Shown: positions 9,992-23,300 of the stretch, in pieces
Position numbering within the stretch: the first letter of the stretch is position 1
How the letters are laid out: each line of letters begins with the position of its first letter
From: Naegleria gruberi
Lineage: Eukaryota
Length of the DNA stretch: 64,000 nucleotides
Assembly: GCA_000004985.1 (NCBI GenBank)
Contig: GG738876.1
Reading direction: 5' to 3' (one strand)
The notes under the pieces: model-generated
What the model saw: the letters and a program-made list of their open reading frames with translations, nothing else
The model's database searches: none
Told to the model about the DNA's origin: nothing
Made by a program: the position numbers and the translations under genes

Positions 9992-11323
9992 CTATTGGTA
10001 TGTCTCATCAATTGGTGAAATGCATGTTTCATGTTTCTTCCCAAACAAAAAACCAATTGTTTCAAAGACAGTCGCAAGAGTAACAGGTGCAAATGTGAAA
10101 TAAGAACAATGACCACAACCAAGTATTGCCAAACTGACACCTAAAGCAAAACGAGACAGTCCAAAAAAACCTACTTTAAGTTTCTCCTTAATATATAGGG
10201 CATTCACTTCCCAACTATCGGCCAATAGTGTGACTGCTATTGGAAGAGCACTCAAACATCCACCTCCCAATTTATAACACGACACTCCCAAGAATAGGGA
10301 TATTATATAATTTGATAGTAAGCTTTGGATAGTAACTGTTGGTGGCACAATCATTTTGAAAATCTTTTTCAACTCACTGATGCTTACAACTCCCAAATAA
10401 ATCCAAATTGGGAAGGAAAGATAATAATTGATCGTATTTACAAGTATATGGGAATAGCTCATCTCAATTCCAAGTATACTATACAGTAATGACTTTACAG
10501 AATACATTCCATATCCATTAAATAGTAGAATGAGTCCAGCAAATACAGGTATTGCCAAATTGGCAACGAATAAATTGACATCCTTATGAAATTTAGTGGT
10601 AAATCTATGAATATTCAATTTTCTCAATATTCCAATCCCTCTTAATAGTGAAAATGCTGTAAATCCACACCAAACACCTCCCAATAGAGTTTGCACGACG
10701 GCAAAGCAATACGGAATCCACCAAAACACTCCATTCCAATCTTTTTCACCAACCTGGTTACTGGAATACTGTCCAACACAAACCTGAGCAGCAATACTCA
10801 TCAATGTGAGTATCACACCAAACAGTACAGTTGGATCTCTCTTTGCCACACGTGCAATCAGCTCCTGAACTTTTCTATCAAAAGCAGAAAATTTAACATC
10901 CATTCTAGCAAAATAAAAAGCATTCACCAATTTCTCCTTTGAATTCAGTGCCATTCTACATTCCTCTCTCTTCTCCTCCTCACTTTTAATTTGCCTCTCT
11001 ATTATGGTGGCAGTGGAGGAGGAGGCGGTCCAGTAATCTCTCACCAAATCATAGATGGTTCCAAATGGTCGTTTTATCAATTTTTCAAATAAGAAACCCC
11101 TTCTCAAGTATTCACTTGTTTCAATCTTGATCATCTCGAATAGATTTATCGATTGATCATCATTTGTACTACTATTACTTGTATTGGAGAGAGAATTTTC
11201 AACAAGTTTTTCAAATCTCCGACAAGTATGAGATAATATGATTAAATCTCTTGGATTCCGAGAGGTAAAATTCAATATGGTGAGGAGCATTTCATCAGGC
11301 AATTCGAGTAGTGGTTGCTTCAT
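9992..11323 (-). CDS. F-box protein fused to a polytopic, roughly 8-TM, membrane domain
   Basis: N-terminal PDEMLLTILNFTSRNPRDLIILSHTCRRFEKLV is a clear F-box. The C-terminal 270 aa contain many hydrophobic helices (VLFGVILTLMSIAAQVCVG, WIPYCFAVVQTLLGGVWCGFTAF, LAIPVFAGLILLFNGYG and others). Confidence 0.55.
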   Translation of the reverse strand: MKQPLLELPDEMLLTILNFTSRNPRDLIILSHTCRRFEKLVENSLSNTSNSSTNDDQSINLFEMIKIETSEYLRRGFLFEKLIKRPFGTIYDLVRDYWTASSSTATIIERQIKSEEEKREECRMALNSKEKLVNAFYFARMDVKFSAFDRKVQELIARVAKRDPTVLFGVILTLMSIAAQVCVGQYSSNQVGEKDWNGVFWWIPYCFAVVQTLLGGVWCGFTAFSLLRGIGILRKLNIHRFTTKFHKDVNLFVANLAIPVFAGLILLFNGYGMYSVKSLLYSILGIEMSYSHILVNTINYYLSFPIWIYLGVVSISELKKIFKMIVPPTVTIQSLLSNYIISLFLGVSCYKLGGGCLSALPIAVTLLADSWEVNALYIKEKLKVGFFGLSRFALGVSLAILGCGHCSYFTFAPVTLATVFETIGFLFGKKHETCISPIDETYQ

Positions 11324-11444
11324 TTTTTTTTGCTATTGTATGAACTTGTAAAGTTTACAATATTTTAAATATTTATTAAATATAATTAAATTCAATTATC
11401 CATATTAATACAAAAGAAATAATTTTTTAAATTAAAAAAAAAAA

Positions 11445-12275
11445 ATGGCCACACGTTCCGTGATGAAAATATTCATGAAGAGTTATATGCAATTTGCAAA
11501 TCGATACTATGTACCTTTCATGTTCAGGTTTGCATTGAAAAAGGCTTTGAAATTTGATCCGAATGTGATGAGTGGTCGACAATTATTGAAAGATATCAAG
11601 GATGAACAGGATATTTTGCTCCGATCACAAACTACAAGGAGTTTCATGGAGAAGGAAGCTCGTGAGAGGAATATGACTGATGATAGTTGGTTGCCTTTGG
11701 TTTGTCAATATATTGCATCGAATAAGGTGTTGGCTAGGGGGTTATTTGAAGGTGATGAAGCAAAAGCCATGTTGTATATTAATGATAGAGCTATTTCACC
11801 TCCTGTGGAAAGAATGATGCAATTGGTTTTGGGAAAAAAGAATCAGAAAGGTTTACTAGGTGGAATGTTATTTAGAAAGGATGAACAGAATGAAAATTCG
11901 GATGTTTTGGGAAATATGTGGACATTGATGTGTGTTACAAATGAAATGTTGCAATGTTGGATATTATCTCACGAAATTTATAATGAAATTTCTGAGCAGG
12001 ATGGTCATGTACATAGGGTATCTTCAATTAAGGTTCACGACTGTATGCTCAATAGATTTTTCAGAGAGCATGAGGCAACTCATTTGATGCCAGTAATTTG
12101 CTCTTTTGACTCTGTGTGGGCTAGGAATGCTTTTGAGAATACTGGATACAAATACAGAAGAAATCAAACACTCAGCTTGGGAGGAAATCATTGTGCGTTT
12201 GATTTTTCGAAAGGTTTCGAAGAGAATGAGAAGGATGTAGTATTGGATGAATTGGAAAAAATAAGAAAACAATAA
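11445..12275 (+). CDS. Hypothetical protein
   Basis: A 276-aa ORF with coding-like composition and no family I recognise. Confidence 0.35.
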   Translation: MATRSVMKIFMKSYMQFANRYYVPFMFRFALKKALKFDPNVMSGRQLLKDIKDEQDILLRSQTTRSFMEKEARERNMTDDSWLPLVCQYIASNKVLARGLFEGDEAKAMLYINDRAISPPVERMMQLVLGKKNQKGLLGGMLFRKDEQNENSDVLGNMWTLMCVTNEMLQCWILSHEIYNEISEQDGHVHRVSSIKVHDCMLNRFFREHEATHLMPVICSFDSVWARNAFENTGYKYRRNQTLSLGGNHCAFDFSKGFEENEKDVVLDELEKIRKQ

Positions 12276-12287
12276 TGAAAATGACAA

Positions 12288-15200
12288 TTAATTTAATTTG
12301 TTCTTTTCCATTTCACTTTTAAGGATATTGGCCAACTTGTAAATATCAGGAAGTTGGAGATTTTGCTGTATCTCTTGAGGTATGTTTAGGGAGTAGTTGT
12401 CCTCGTGATTGTAAGAGTTGTTAAATAAATTATTTGGGTGTGACTGAAATTGAATACTTTCAAATAATTGGTTAGATCTTCTTTGCTTGAACAGTTCCAT
12501 TCTTTCAATAAGATAGGCATACTTATCATTTCCGTATCTATCTTTCCATGTATTTAGCGCATTAATATCCAAATCTATCATATCCAAGAGTTGCTGCTCG
12601 AATTGTGATATAACTTGTTTGTGAGCTAATGGATTTTGAATATCTTGTGCACTGAAAGTTGAACCAAAGTAATTTGAAAGCTCCAAAGTTTCTACAATGG
12701 AAGCAAATGGAAGTTGTGAAATTTCTGAAAGTGCCTCCAACAATTCTAAATGAACCTCAGCCGCACTCGCAACTGAATTCATCAAGTTTGGTTTCAACAA
12801 TTCAAAATTCTCAATAGTGGTACATTTTGTAACAACATTGGAGAGTTTTAAAATTTCAGAATTGAGAAAATGTAAAACTCCCTTATTTGTCATTGTGGAA
12901 TTAGGGGAGGAGTTCTTTTGGGTTGCTTTGGTCTTTCTGTATACTTCCTTAACAAGGAATAACTTGGTACCAAAGACAAACAAGTTGAAAATACACAAGG
13001 CCAATGGTAGCTGTAAATCATTGAATTTTCTTCTCTTTTCATGTTCTCTGTAAATCTTGGAGAGGTTATCGATTATTTCCATGTATGAGGATAGATTGTC
13101 TAGGGTTGGTTGTACCTCTGTTAACATGTGAAGTACATGCTTAGGGATTCTGCCTGTGATATATAAATGCATATCAGCCAAAATTTTACAAAAGTAAGAA
13201 CTGAAAGAATATCTCTTGAAATTGGATGAGTCCATCTTTACAAGTCCATCAGAGAGATGAAAAGTACCCTCTGGACTGACTTTACCCAACAGTGACAAGT
13301 CATTTGATGTTTCTGGTGATTTGATAGCAAATGGTGGATCGATACGTAACATGACAGGATATTGATCCTTGCCACATGCATCAAGAGTAATTCCACACAA
13401 AATTCTAAATTTGAGCAATTTAAAATCAGCCTCCTTTGGAAGTCTCTCATAAATGTGACGAGTAGGTGATGATTGAGTATTTCGAAGTAAGAGCTCAGTT
13501 GAATTAATTCCCAAATTTTGCATAATATTCTTAATATTAGGATCGTCAGCATGTTTGGTCATTAAATCCCTCAAAGAATTATCATTTGAATCTATTACAT
13601 ATTCTTCCAGTCTATCAAAGTCAATCTTGTGTCTATTTCCAAAGTAAAAATCAACAAAGTTCAAATAAAATTTTGCTGTATCAGAATCTCCCTTGCTTGC
13701 GCAATAAACAGACAAATGACAATATGTAGTAGCAACCAAAATATTTGACCAAGAATCAAAGAAATTAGCAAGGCAATTCTTTGCCTTTTGGAATGATAAA
13801 AATCCCTGTTGATCGTGTCCCAATGCCTGACAAGTTACAGCATGAATAGAGTATAACAGAGAAAGAATTTCAGGAGAGTAGTTTGAATTACTGTCAATAC
13901 TTTCGCTCTCAAATAAAGCTTGCTCTATTAAATTAATGTCTACAAGTGAATATCCTAGAGAAATTACTCCTTCATAAAGTTCAATAGTTTTCTTCCTATA
14001 AGCAGCAATATTCAATTTTTCAGCAATTTGATTTTGGAAAAATGGTAATTGTGAAGTGTTTGATAGCATTTCAGTCCAGTTAATTCCATGTTGATCCAAA
14101 TTATTTGAAAATCCCATTTGTGAGGCAAGAATTCGTTTAAGCTCATCTGTAAACTCTAAATGAACATCATTATTCTTACTTGTTTGTGGATATGGTTGAT
14201 ATCTAGAGTTATTGCTGTTGTTTGTAGTTGCTACCACTGTTGTTGATGAACTAGCTTTGGCTGATTTAGTATTTGATTGATTATTATGTCTTCCCTTCTT
14301 TTTTGGTGACCTGTAAAGACAATCAACACCTCTTTTTGTGCATTGCGAACAAGAAGGCCACATTTTATCACACTTTAAAGTAATAAATATTAATTTGTTG
14401 TTAAATTGTTATTCACTTACCTTTTTGTGCCTACTTCTGCAGTTAACACAAGCAATTGGGAAATACATCTTCTCAGGATCTTGATTCAACTCGAGTGAAC
14501 CAGGATGTGGCACGTGTTCATCTTGATTATTATCCATAGGCTTTTCTGTCAAACTTCCATTACTGCTGCTTGTAATCATTTGGTTATCATTTAAATTGGT
14601 AACATCCAAACTAGGGTTTTGGTTATTATTATTAAACATATTGGATGAATTAGATGTCGTTACTGTTGTTGGTTGAAGAGTGTTAATGATTTGTTGTAGT
14701 ATCTCATCGTTTGAATTATTCATATTTACTGTTGATACATTGTCGTTCGGTTTCATATAATTATTTACATCAGAAAGTAATAATTGTGTCATATTATCCA
14801 TATTATTGTTGTTATTCATATTATTGTAATTGTTATTATTATTATTAGAAGGGAAATATTGATTTGTTGATTGTAACAATTGGTTTAAATCGAGATTATT
14901 CAATAAATTATTATTAGTGGAGGGGTTTGGTTGATTAATGGCTTTAGGAGTTTGTAATCCCATCATTAAATTTTGAACAATACTTGATGAATCCATAGTA
15001 CGAGAATTTAATTGACCATTTGATGTTGATGATGGAATTAAGTTATTGTTACTACTTGAATATTCTCCACCATTTTGCTGTTGTTGTTGTTGAGAGAATA
15101 ACAAATTGATGAGCATATCCTGTTGATTGTTTGTTGTATTCATCATTGATTGTCCTCCAACAGTGTTATTATTATTGCTTTGATTTGTTTTAAAGGAGGA

Positions 15201-15623
15201 AGGAGTATTGCCGATGATGTTTTCCAATGATAATGCTCTATTCATAGAAGAGGAGGTTGCTGTTGGATTGTTTAGTTGTGTGGATGGAGATAGAAATTGT
15301 TGGTGTACACTCGACGATAGATTCAAAGTATTGGTGAGTTGGCTGTTCAATCCATGTGGTGGACTATTTTGGGTGTTCGTAAATTGTTGACTATTAATTA
15401 GGTTTTGGAGTTGCTGTTCGAGCAATAAATTTTTATTATTGTTATTACTCAAAGATCCATTATTATTATTATTCAACAGTGTCGTTGTTGTTGATATGGA
15501 CGAATTGTTTGTCGTGAGCATCTGTGATGATGAGGAATGCTGCAGCGATTGTTGCTGTTGTTGTCCAGAGTTTGATGGTTGTTGGTTTGTCCTCATTTTT
15601 TTTTGATGATGTGAAACAATCAT
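12288..15623 (-). CDS. Zn(II)2Cys6 (Gal4-type) transcription factor of about 1095 aa. Exons are 14421-15623 and 12288-14372. Intron 14373-14420 is 48 nt with a GTAAGT donor and an AAAG acceptor.
   Basis: The spliced product contains ACVNCRSRHKK|CDKMWPSCSQCTKRGVDC, which is C-x2-C-x6-C-x6-C-x2-C-x6-C. The intron splits the zinc cluster after the third Cys. The N-terminal 400 aa are N/Q/S-rich. The C-terminal region resembles a fungal TF middle-homology region. Exon lengths are multiples of 3 with phase 0. Confidence 0.65.
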
Positions 15624-15805
15624 GGAAAGGATAAACGTATTTTTGTGGCCAAATTTTCCAGTTTCTATTTTTTTCCTAGAACATATTGGGCATTACATAC
15701 TATTTGAAAACAAGTGGACACATAAAGAAAGTAAGGAACAAAGTTTGGTAAGGATCCTTCTGTGTAATGGAAGAAGAACTAAGCTGGTTGGCCCACTCTA
15801 TGTTA

Positions 15806-18000
15806 CTAACGAGTATGTAAAAATCTGTGAGGATGATTTCTCTTGGTTTCTTCATAAACTTCCAAACAAAATCCAACATGCATTTGAAGGTGAAGATATC
15901 TTCTGTGTAAAAGTGGTGACCTCTCTGTCATTTGTTTGAGGTTTCTCAGGTCTTGATAGAGATATTGAGCGAGCTCTTCTACGTAATCATACAATAAATT
16001 AATGCTTGGATCATTTAGTAGATTGGATAACACATCATAGTGAATCTTGGCAGCAACTTCAACTGAGTAAATAACAGGGAGTTGGCAATACTTGAAAAAT
16101 GGTAATTGGGTTACCTTGGTAATTTCATTGGCGGCAGAGGTTATATCTGCCGAAGAAGATATTCTGTACTTGTGTTGTTTGAATAGAATCAAAGCTTTAA
16201 CTCCAAGACAAACAACAAGGAATGTGTAGGTACGATCAGAATTCATACTTGAAAATACCTTCACAATCATGTCCAATTTTGTCATTATTTGTTGAACTGG
16301 TTCTTCCAAGCTGAAAAGTTGTGGCCTTCCAGAGTGGGACATAATAGATGACCTAAGTTGGTTGAATGTAGGACTGCTCACAGCAGTATTGAGACACGCA
16401 ATGTGCTTCTCAACAACAAATTTAGAATACTCATCAAAATCTAAAATGTCACCAAATGTCAAATTGTTGACAATTTTCTTATTAATTGCATCAATCTCAC
16501 TTTCCACAACATCTGTTAGTGAGGATAATTAGAAAATTAATAACCAAAATTTAACAACATACCACTCAAATAGAATAATTCTGAAACACATAGACCTTGT
16601 CTAATAAAACTACAATGTTCATCCATGTCCTTTTCTCTTTCTTTCAAATACCATGTGCAAATAGAATAGAAATATTTGGATCTTGCCACACAATCCAAAT
16701 AACATTTAGAGTTGGCTGCTTTTGAACATGCTGTGGCTGAAGAACATTTGGATGGACTTTTGCATTCAGCACTCAATAGATAGTATGCCATCAACGTGTA
16801 CGTATAAATGACAGAACTGTCATTGGTTTGATCGAAACACTTGGAAATGTGATCTCTTCCCTTCTCGAAAAATATTTTAGCAAATCCCATATTACCAATC
16901 CTGAAGAATGAAATAGCATGCATTAAAAACAAGAATGCCAGCTTGGAGTTTCCTAGGGGCTCTCTAGGGTCAATCTTGTCTTCCAGCTCGCTCTCTAGGT
17001 CAGTTTTTCCTGTAATAGAAACACTGAGCCAATACATTAATTCATCTCTGTTGGATGGTGGGACCATAGAATAGGAAAGACTCTTATACACATCTAATGA
17101 AATATTGTCAAAATATTTTCTATCAAGCTCAATTTGTCGTAAGTTATTGAGATAGGCTCTTTCATTGATATACCTTGATTCTCTTTTCACTGGAATTGGA
17201 ACTGATGGAGGTGATTCCTTCCTTTTGGATATTGTTTTGCTCTTTCTCTCAGTAATTACAGATGAGTCATCAACAAATTGATACTCTACAACACCTGTCA
17301 ATGAATTATTCGAATTTAGTATGGTTTTTGGACCTCTTTTTCTTGCTTGAGCATAAACACATTGCTTTTGTGAACGTAGACAATTGGAGCAACCAGGATA
17401 AGCCACACGGTCACACTTTTTGTGATTCAACTTGCAAAAGATACAAGCATTATTCATCAATACAACATCTACATTTGTTGATTGAGCTGTTATTGAATCT
17501 ATATTTGAAGGACTTGTTTTATCACATGAATTAGAGGCTTTAGAAGATGCTGTAAATGTTGATGAACTCTCGGATGAGTTGTGTACAAGTAAACCTGTAT
17601 TCAGCATTGTGAATGGAGTATTTACCTGTGTAAGATTGAAGAAGTGATCAGTTGTATTGTTGGTAGTGTTTGTTGGTAATGTTGGAGTCTTCTTCTTCGT
17701 ACTTACAAAGGCTGGATTGAAATTGTTTTCCATTTGATTATTACTCCTCATCACATCACTTGATGAAGTGGCTGATGAGGTTGCATGATGATTAGATTGT
17801 TGCGCCATCATTTGTGTGATGTTATTGTTGGAGAACATGTTTTGTGAATTAAATAAGAGGTTTGAGCCAACATTAGGAAGAGTCACCCTTTCGCTCTGAC
17901 CAGTCCAGGAATTTGTCTGTTGGCATGTTGACGAAGAAGGCTGCTGATGCAAGTTCAAATTAAATTGCTGATGTTGTTGTTGATGATGTTGCATTATCAA
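15806..18000 (-). CDS. Second Zn(II)2Cys6 transcription factor. Exons are 16563-18000 and roughly 15806-16512. Intron 16513-16562 has a GTATGT donor and an AACAG acceptor.
   Basis: ACIFCKLNHKKCDRVAYPGCSNCLRSQKQCVY is a complete six-Cys cluster. The N-terminus is polyQ/N-rich. Splicing joins ...ELFYLS to DVVESEIDAINKK... in frame with phase 1. The 3' end may contain a further small intron near 15940. Confidence 0.6.
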
Positions 18001-18557
18001 AGGCTTCCGAAATGTGTGTTGATAACGATGAAAAATCTAATGGTGAACACCTCCTAAAAGATATATTAACAAATCGCAAGATGCAGCTGTATGCAGATTC
18101 GCTTTTTTAGAGAGAGGTACAGCTGATGAGAGCAAGAGAGCTTGGAACTTGTATTTTTTTGTTGGAAATCGCCGTTACTCTCGTGGCCAGCAACTCCATG
18201 CTTTGTGTCAGATTGTATCTGAAAATTTCACTATTTTGGAGTTTGAAAGGTGAGATTCAATTTTTTTAAGAGATAAAACAGACGCTTCGTTAGGTTGAAA
18301 TACAATACTAAAAAAGATCTTTTTTTTTTATATAAAACAAAAACTTGGTGAACCGAGTTTTTGAATTATCGACAATTGTATTCAATGTTTGAATAGGAAT
18401 TAACTTTAACGTGAGATATTCCATATTGGAATCAAAGTTATGTTATTATTGGTGATCAAGCTCATTATGAAAAGAATTCTTAATTAGCAACCATTCCAAG
18501 CTAATAAGTTGCCAAGTTGTGATCGAAATTTAGGAGTTTATTGATTTTCGATATGAA

Positions 18558-18932
18558 TTACTTGTCAACTGACTTGGACATCTTTTTGAGAGTTTTCTTG
18601 AATGCTTTTGATGATTCATCCAAACATTGATTTGCTTTCTTTTCAGTTTCTGCATGAAGAATGCATTGTGCCATTGGTAAACTCAAAGCTGATTTACAAT
18701 AATCCAAACAGCTCTGTTGCCATTTCTTCATGGAATCTCCCGATTGTTCTTGAATGGCTTGATGAGATGATTTTTTAATATTTAAAATCTCCTCTCTGAG
18801 TGTTACTTGTTTGTTCTTATCATAGAGAAGGGGAACGAGATGAGAACAAACTGTTTCGCATTGATCTTGGTTGGTTCCTGTTCTTCTCAATTGCTCCTTC
18901 ACTTCTTTGGTGTTCTTTTTGTCTTTGCCCAT
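18558..18932 (-). CDS. Small K-rich hypothetical protein with two CX3C pairs
   Basis: A 124-aa ORF containing CETVC and CLDYC. The spacing between the pairs is too long for a canonical small Tim. Confidence 0.3.
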   Translation of the reverse strand: MGKDKKNTKEVKEQLRRTGTNQDQCETVCSHLVPLLYDKNKQVTLREEILNIKKSSHQAIQEQSGDSMKKWQQSCLDYCKSALSLPMAQCILHAETEKKANQCLDESSKAFKKTLKKMSKSVDK

Positions 18933-19077
18933 TTTTTTTTTGAAAAGATTGTTGTTTGAAGGGATCGTCCATTTTGGGTTTAACTTGATTTGTGTGTTTC
19001 GTATTTGTTGATTTACTTAATGAATTAAAAACCTTACATAGCATTTTCCAACAAGTATAAAGCTAAAAAATTACAAC

Positions 19078-19150
19078 CGCCCCACGTGGGGCTCGAACCC
19101 ACGACCGTTGGATTAAAAGTCCAACGCTCTACCGACTGAGCTAGCGGGGC
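19078..19150 (-). tRNA. tRNA-Lys (anticodon UUU)
   Basis: The reverse complement is GCCCCGCTAGCTCAGTCGGTAGAGCGTTGGACTTTTAATCCAACGGTCGTGGGTTCGAGCCCCACGTGGGGCG. It folds as a cloverleaf with a 7-bp acceptor stem, a GTTCGAG T-loop, and anticodon loop CTTTTAA. Confidence 0.85.
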
Positions 19151-19292
19151 TGCTCATGAGTAATGAAAATTAATGTTTCTTGAGGCTAATAACGAAACTA
19201 ACTCTGAATTATTACGTTGCAATTGGTTTGTTATGTCTGAAATTACAAATTATTGCTATTTGGTATCTTCATATGAATAATAGTTTGAAAAA

Positions 19293-19847
19293 ATGATGCG
19301 TAAAGCCACCGTGGAAACGGAACAACCTCTTCATGTACAAACTTTTGATAAAATAATAGAAGATGTGATGAGCAAGGAAGAAATTACTCTCCCAATCGGA
19401 TTGTGTATTGAAGATTTGGAAATTTTGTGTGAGGCAATTAGTAATGTTTCTACTCTCCGAAAATTGACCTTCATCGGAGAACTTTCTGGCATACAACAAC
19501 AAGAATCTAGTTTTGTTGATGAGGAACAATTTGAATTAATTTCAAAATCAATTTTAGGAGGAGCCAGTAGCTTGCAATCCATCGGGTTCTTGGCAATGCA
19601 CTTGAGAGATGATCATTTAAATTTCTTCTTGAATATTGCTAAAAGTTTGTCAGAAACTAGCTTGCCTGTTTCTTCATTGGAATCGATTGTTTTTTGTGGA
19701 AATGAATTTACTGCTGAAATGACAACAACAGCCACTTTGCAAATTAAAGAAATCTTTAAGAATGTTAAGGAAATACATATGGATGAAACAACAAGAGTGG
19801 ATGAATCTGCCTCTATTTCTCAACAAGTTTCAAACTTGGAGCTCTAA
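19293..19847 (+). CDS. Hypothetical protein, possibly a degenerate LRR protein
   Basis: A 184-aa ORF with L-rich periodicity. Confidence 0.3.
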   Translation: MMRKATVETEQPLHVQTFDKIIEDVMSKEEITLPIGLCIEDLEILCEAISNVSTLRKLTFIGELSGIQQQESSFVDEEQFELISKSILGGASSLQSIGFLAMHLRDDHLNFFLNIAKSLSETSLPVSSLESIVFCGNEFTAEMTTTATLQIKEIFKNVKEIHMDETTRVDESASISQQVSNLEL

Positions 19848-20324
19848 TACATTTATATTCTTTAGTTCAAATTATAATACATGTTTCAAAAATTATGCAG
19901 ATTCTATTCCAACATGTTATGGAAATAACTCTTATTCTTGCTTCCTATCTATCTCTTTTCAAGGAGCTGGAAAGTTTTCATCTTTTGGATTACGATACAA
20001 CTCAAAGTTTAATCCATTCTAATTGGAATAATTCTAATCCTCACCAATAATCTGTAAAGACATTTTAAAGTGGTGTAAATAATTATTTGAAAAACTGATA
20101 ATACAATCACTTTCCAAAAACATCCTTACAATTCTTCCTTCCTTTCATGGCTTTCTTTTTAAATTACGAATGTTGACAACAGCAAACCCAAAAAAAACAA
20201 TCGTTCATTACGACGACAATTAATCATCTGTTTTCGTTCTGTGGAAGTGACATTGTTTTCCATCTTACCACACAATCCATTATTCAACAATTGTGTTCGA
20301 GGTGTCAACCACAAGTGTTGTTAG

Positions 20325-23300
20325 TTGACCATCATCATCAAAAGCATGGGCAACAAGGCCACAAAATTCGAACCAACTCCTAACAACAATCATCATGAGG
20401 AAACTCCACTATCTTCCCTAAGAAAATCCTCCACTACTACTAATAACAACAACAACTCAACCCGATCCTTTCGTTCCAACTTATCGAGAGCAAACACCAA
20501 TTCACTCTCAAGACCAGGAGGACTCACTTCAAGTCGTTCTCAGCCTACATTGGTTCGTTTCAGAGAGAATACTACTGATGATGAAGATAGCAGTGATGAG
20601 GATGAAGACAAAAACCGCCAAAATTCTGAAACTCTAAAAAGAAAAACACCAACAGGTTCATCGCCAGCGGCTGTTACTGATAATTCTTCTTCCTCTTCAC
20701 CATCAAGATCTTCCGTGTCTTCGCCAGCAGCTAGGAACAAACGACGTTCAATTTTATTGTTTTTAGGAAGGAATAATGAAGATGAACAACAACAGGAACA
20801 ACAACAAAATGGGATGCAATATTTGGGGAATGATATAGTGATGAGTGATAAGGTGATGGATAGGAGTACGGAATTGAATGAATCGTTTCTGAGGCAAATG
20901 AAGAGAAGAACATTGAATTTGGGTTCTGCATTGTTTAATAGAAAATTAGTTTCTAATAACTCACCATCTTCGAGCAGTGGTAGGTTACAATCACCTCTCA
21001 CAGCATTGAATAGTTCTACCGTTAGTGTGCTTGCACAAATGCCACTTTCGGATGATGATTCGGATATGGAGGAAGAAACTCCAAAAACACCAACAAATAA
21101 CAGATTATCACTTGTGATAGAGAATGTTCCTACAGTTTCAAGCCCAAATTCTTCTCCTACAACAAATACAATGAATTACAGTGGTGAACAATCAGTCATT
21201 TCCTCTCCTCTTAGTGGTCCAAATAACAAACAACTCAATTCACCTGGTAACAGAAAGAGTCAACTCTTACTCAACCTAGTTATGATGGGCAGAAAGAATG
21301 TGAAAAATGTGGAATCAGCATCTGAAAGTAGTGGAAATTTGAATCAGAAAACAGTTGTGGAGCTAATTCAAATGGAAAATGAAAACCTGTCAAGGACTCC
21401 ACCTTCTCCTTCTGGATCTTCAACAAATTCATCCACATCAATGAACTCTATCCAGATGACATTTAGTCAAGCACAATCGAACAACAAACTTCCATCTCCC
21501 ACTCCTTTGCATGCTACAACATCTAGCTCAAACCTTACAAGACAACATTCCCAGTTGTCCTCTCGAAGAAAGAGTATTGGTGCTTTTGTTTTTGAGCCAT
21601 TAAGATTCAACAAAATTTCCAATCATTCTATATCACCAAATACCAACAGTATCACTTCCTCTCCTAATATTAATAACAGTAATTCTAAAACTACAATTAC
21701 AAATGATGTATCCACTACTAACAGTCCTTTTAGTAATTCTTTACATACCTTACCAACAAGTACTACTCGTAACACTAGTCCTTCAACCTCTACATCTATC
21801 ATTTCTTCACCTAACATTGTCAAGAATACAAGTGCTAACAATCTATTGACAATCAATTTTCCAAGTCATGCAACATTGACACCTACAACATCTCAAAACT
21901 CTATTTCACCTTTATCTCCTAGGTCACCAAGATCACCAATCGATAGAACTCTTGGTGAATCAAGAATAGAGCTTAGAAAGAAAGTCTTCTCAGTTCGTCT
22001 TGAAAATAAGGAAGGATCCAATAATTCTCTCGTTTCACTTGCATTCAATGGAAAGGCAATAGACGAAACCAACCATTCGCATCATCATGAAGGTGTATCA
22101 GATCAGGAGGCTGCAGAAATTGATCATGCCAACCTGATAGATTACAAGTTCCACTTTTTATTTTCAATGAGTACAACTGAAGGACTAATTGATAAACAGT
22201 TGGACTTGGAGGATTTGGAAAATTCATCACTCTCTGGAACTATAGAGACCGACTCACACCGATTGAATCAGAGTATGATATTTCTCTCATCTGCCAGTAA
22301 CTTCCACGATAGGAATAGTAGAAAGGCCTCATACATCAAGGGATTGCAAACCATATTCGAGAAATTATACAAAACCCAAATGAATTTGAACGAGAGCCAT
22401 GTGGAAGATTATGAAATTCACCAACAAGACAGAGATACATTCAAGATGACTCTCATGTTAGGTATTCCTCACCTTGCCGACAAGATGATCAAATCAGAAT
22501 TGGATCAAGTTCTTCAATTTAATGGAGAATATGAAACCTATGTGGAGAAAAAGAGAAAGGAGAAGAGAGACCTAACTATTGCTTTACAAAAAATGGTGCC
22601 CAACACAACAGAATACGAGTTTACAAAGGGTAAAATTGATAACTTTTTAATTTTGAAGAGGGAAGAATTTTTCCTTGCTGGAAGTGATGTTGAATCTTCC
22701 AAGGTTTCTTCAAAAGACAACTCATCCAACAACTTACTAATTGACACTTCAAATGTTTTCAGAATTGATAGAATCGATTCGACATCTAACTTTATTTCTG
22801 AGAAGGAACGAGTTTTAATTGAGCAAGACCAAATCAAGCTCAAACATCCAATCAAATTATTTATCCTCTTTACAACTAACAATAACCAAATTACAAATGC
22901 TCCTAATGTTCCAGGAACATTTGTAAATTCTAAATTTTTCATCAAGTTGTTATCCAAGATTGGTAAGATTACTGGTCTTTTGCCACAGTTTGGATTTTTG
23001 CACATGTCTTTGATAGTATCATCAATGAGATTTGATTGGCTAGATAGTGAGCTGTGTGTTCCAAAGACCAAACTCAAGTCCATGAGGGCTATTGCTTGTG
23101 TGGAGGTTGGATCTGTTGACAACTTTTCAGATTTAAAGAAGGTGACCAAAATTATGGGCAGCAAAATTAGTTTCTGGAATAGAAATATTCACTATTGCAG
23201 AGGAATTGGATATCACTATAACACTAGTACAGTGGAAGAGAAGGCCAATCATCAAGGTAGTTGTCATCAATTTGTATTTGATCTGTTGGATTCTCTCAGT

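Noticed and set aside
18558-18932. Possible small Tim (twin CX3C) protein
   Set aside because: The spacing between the CX3C pairs is about 45 aa rather than 11-16 aa, so the assignment is not supported.
20540-21001. 153-aa and 66-aa antisense ORFs inside the 1308-aa gene
   Set aside because: They lie within the S/N-rich repeat region of the sense gene. They have no independent signals and are shadow ORFs.
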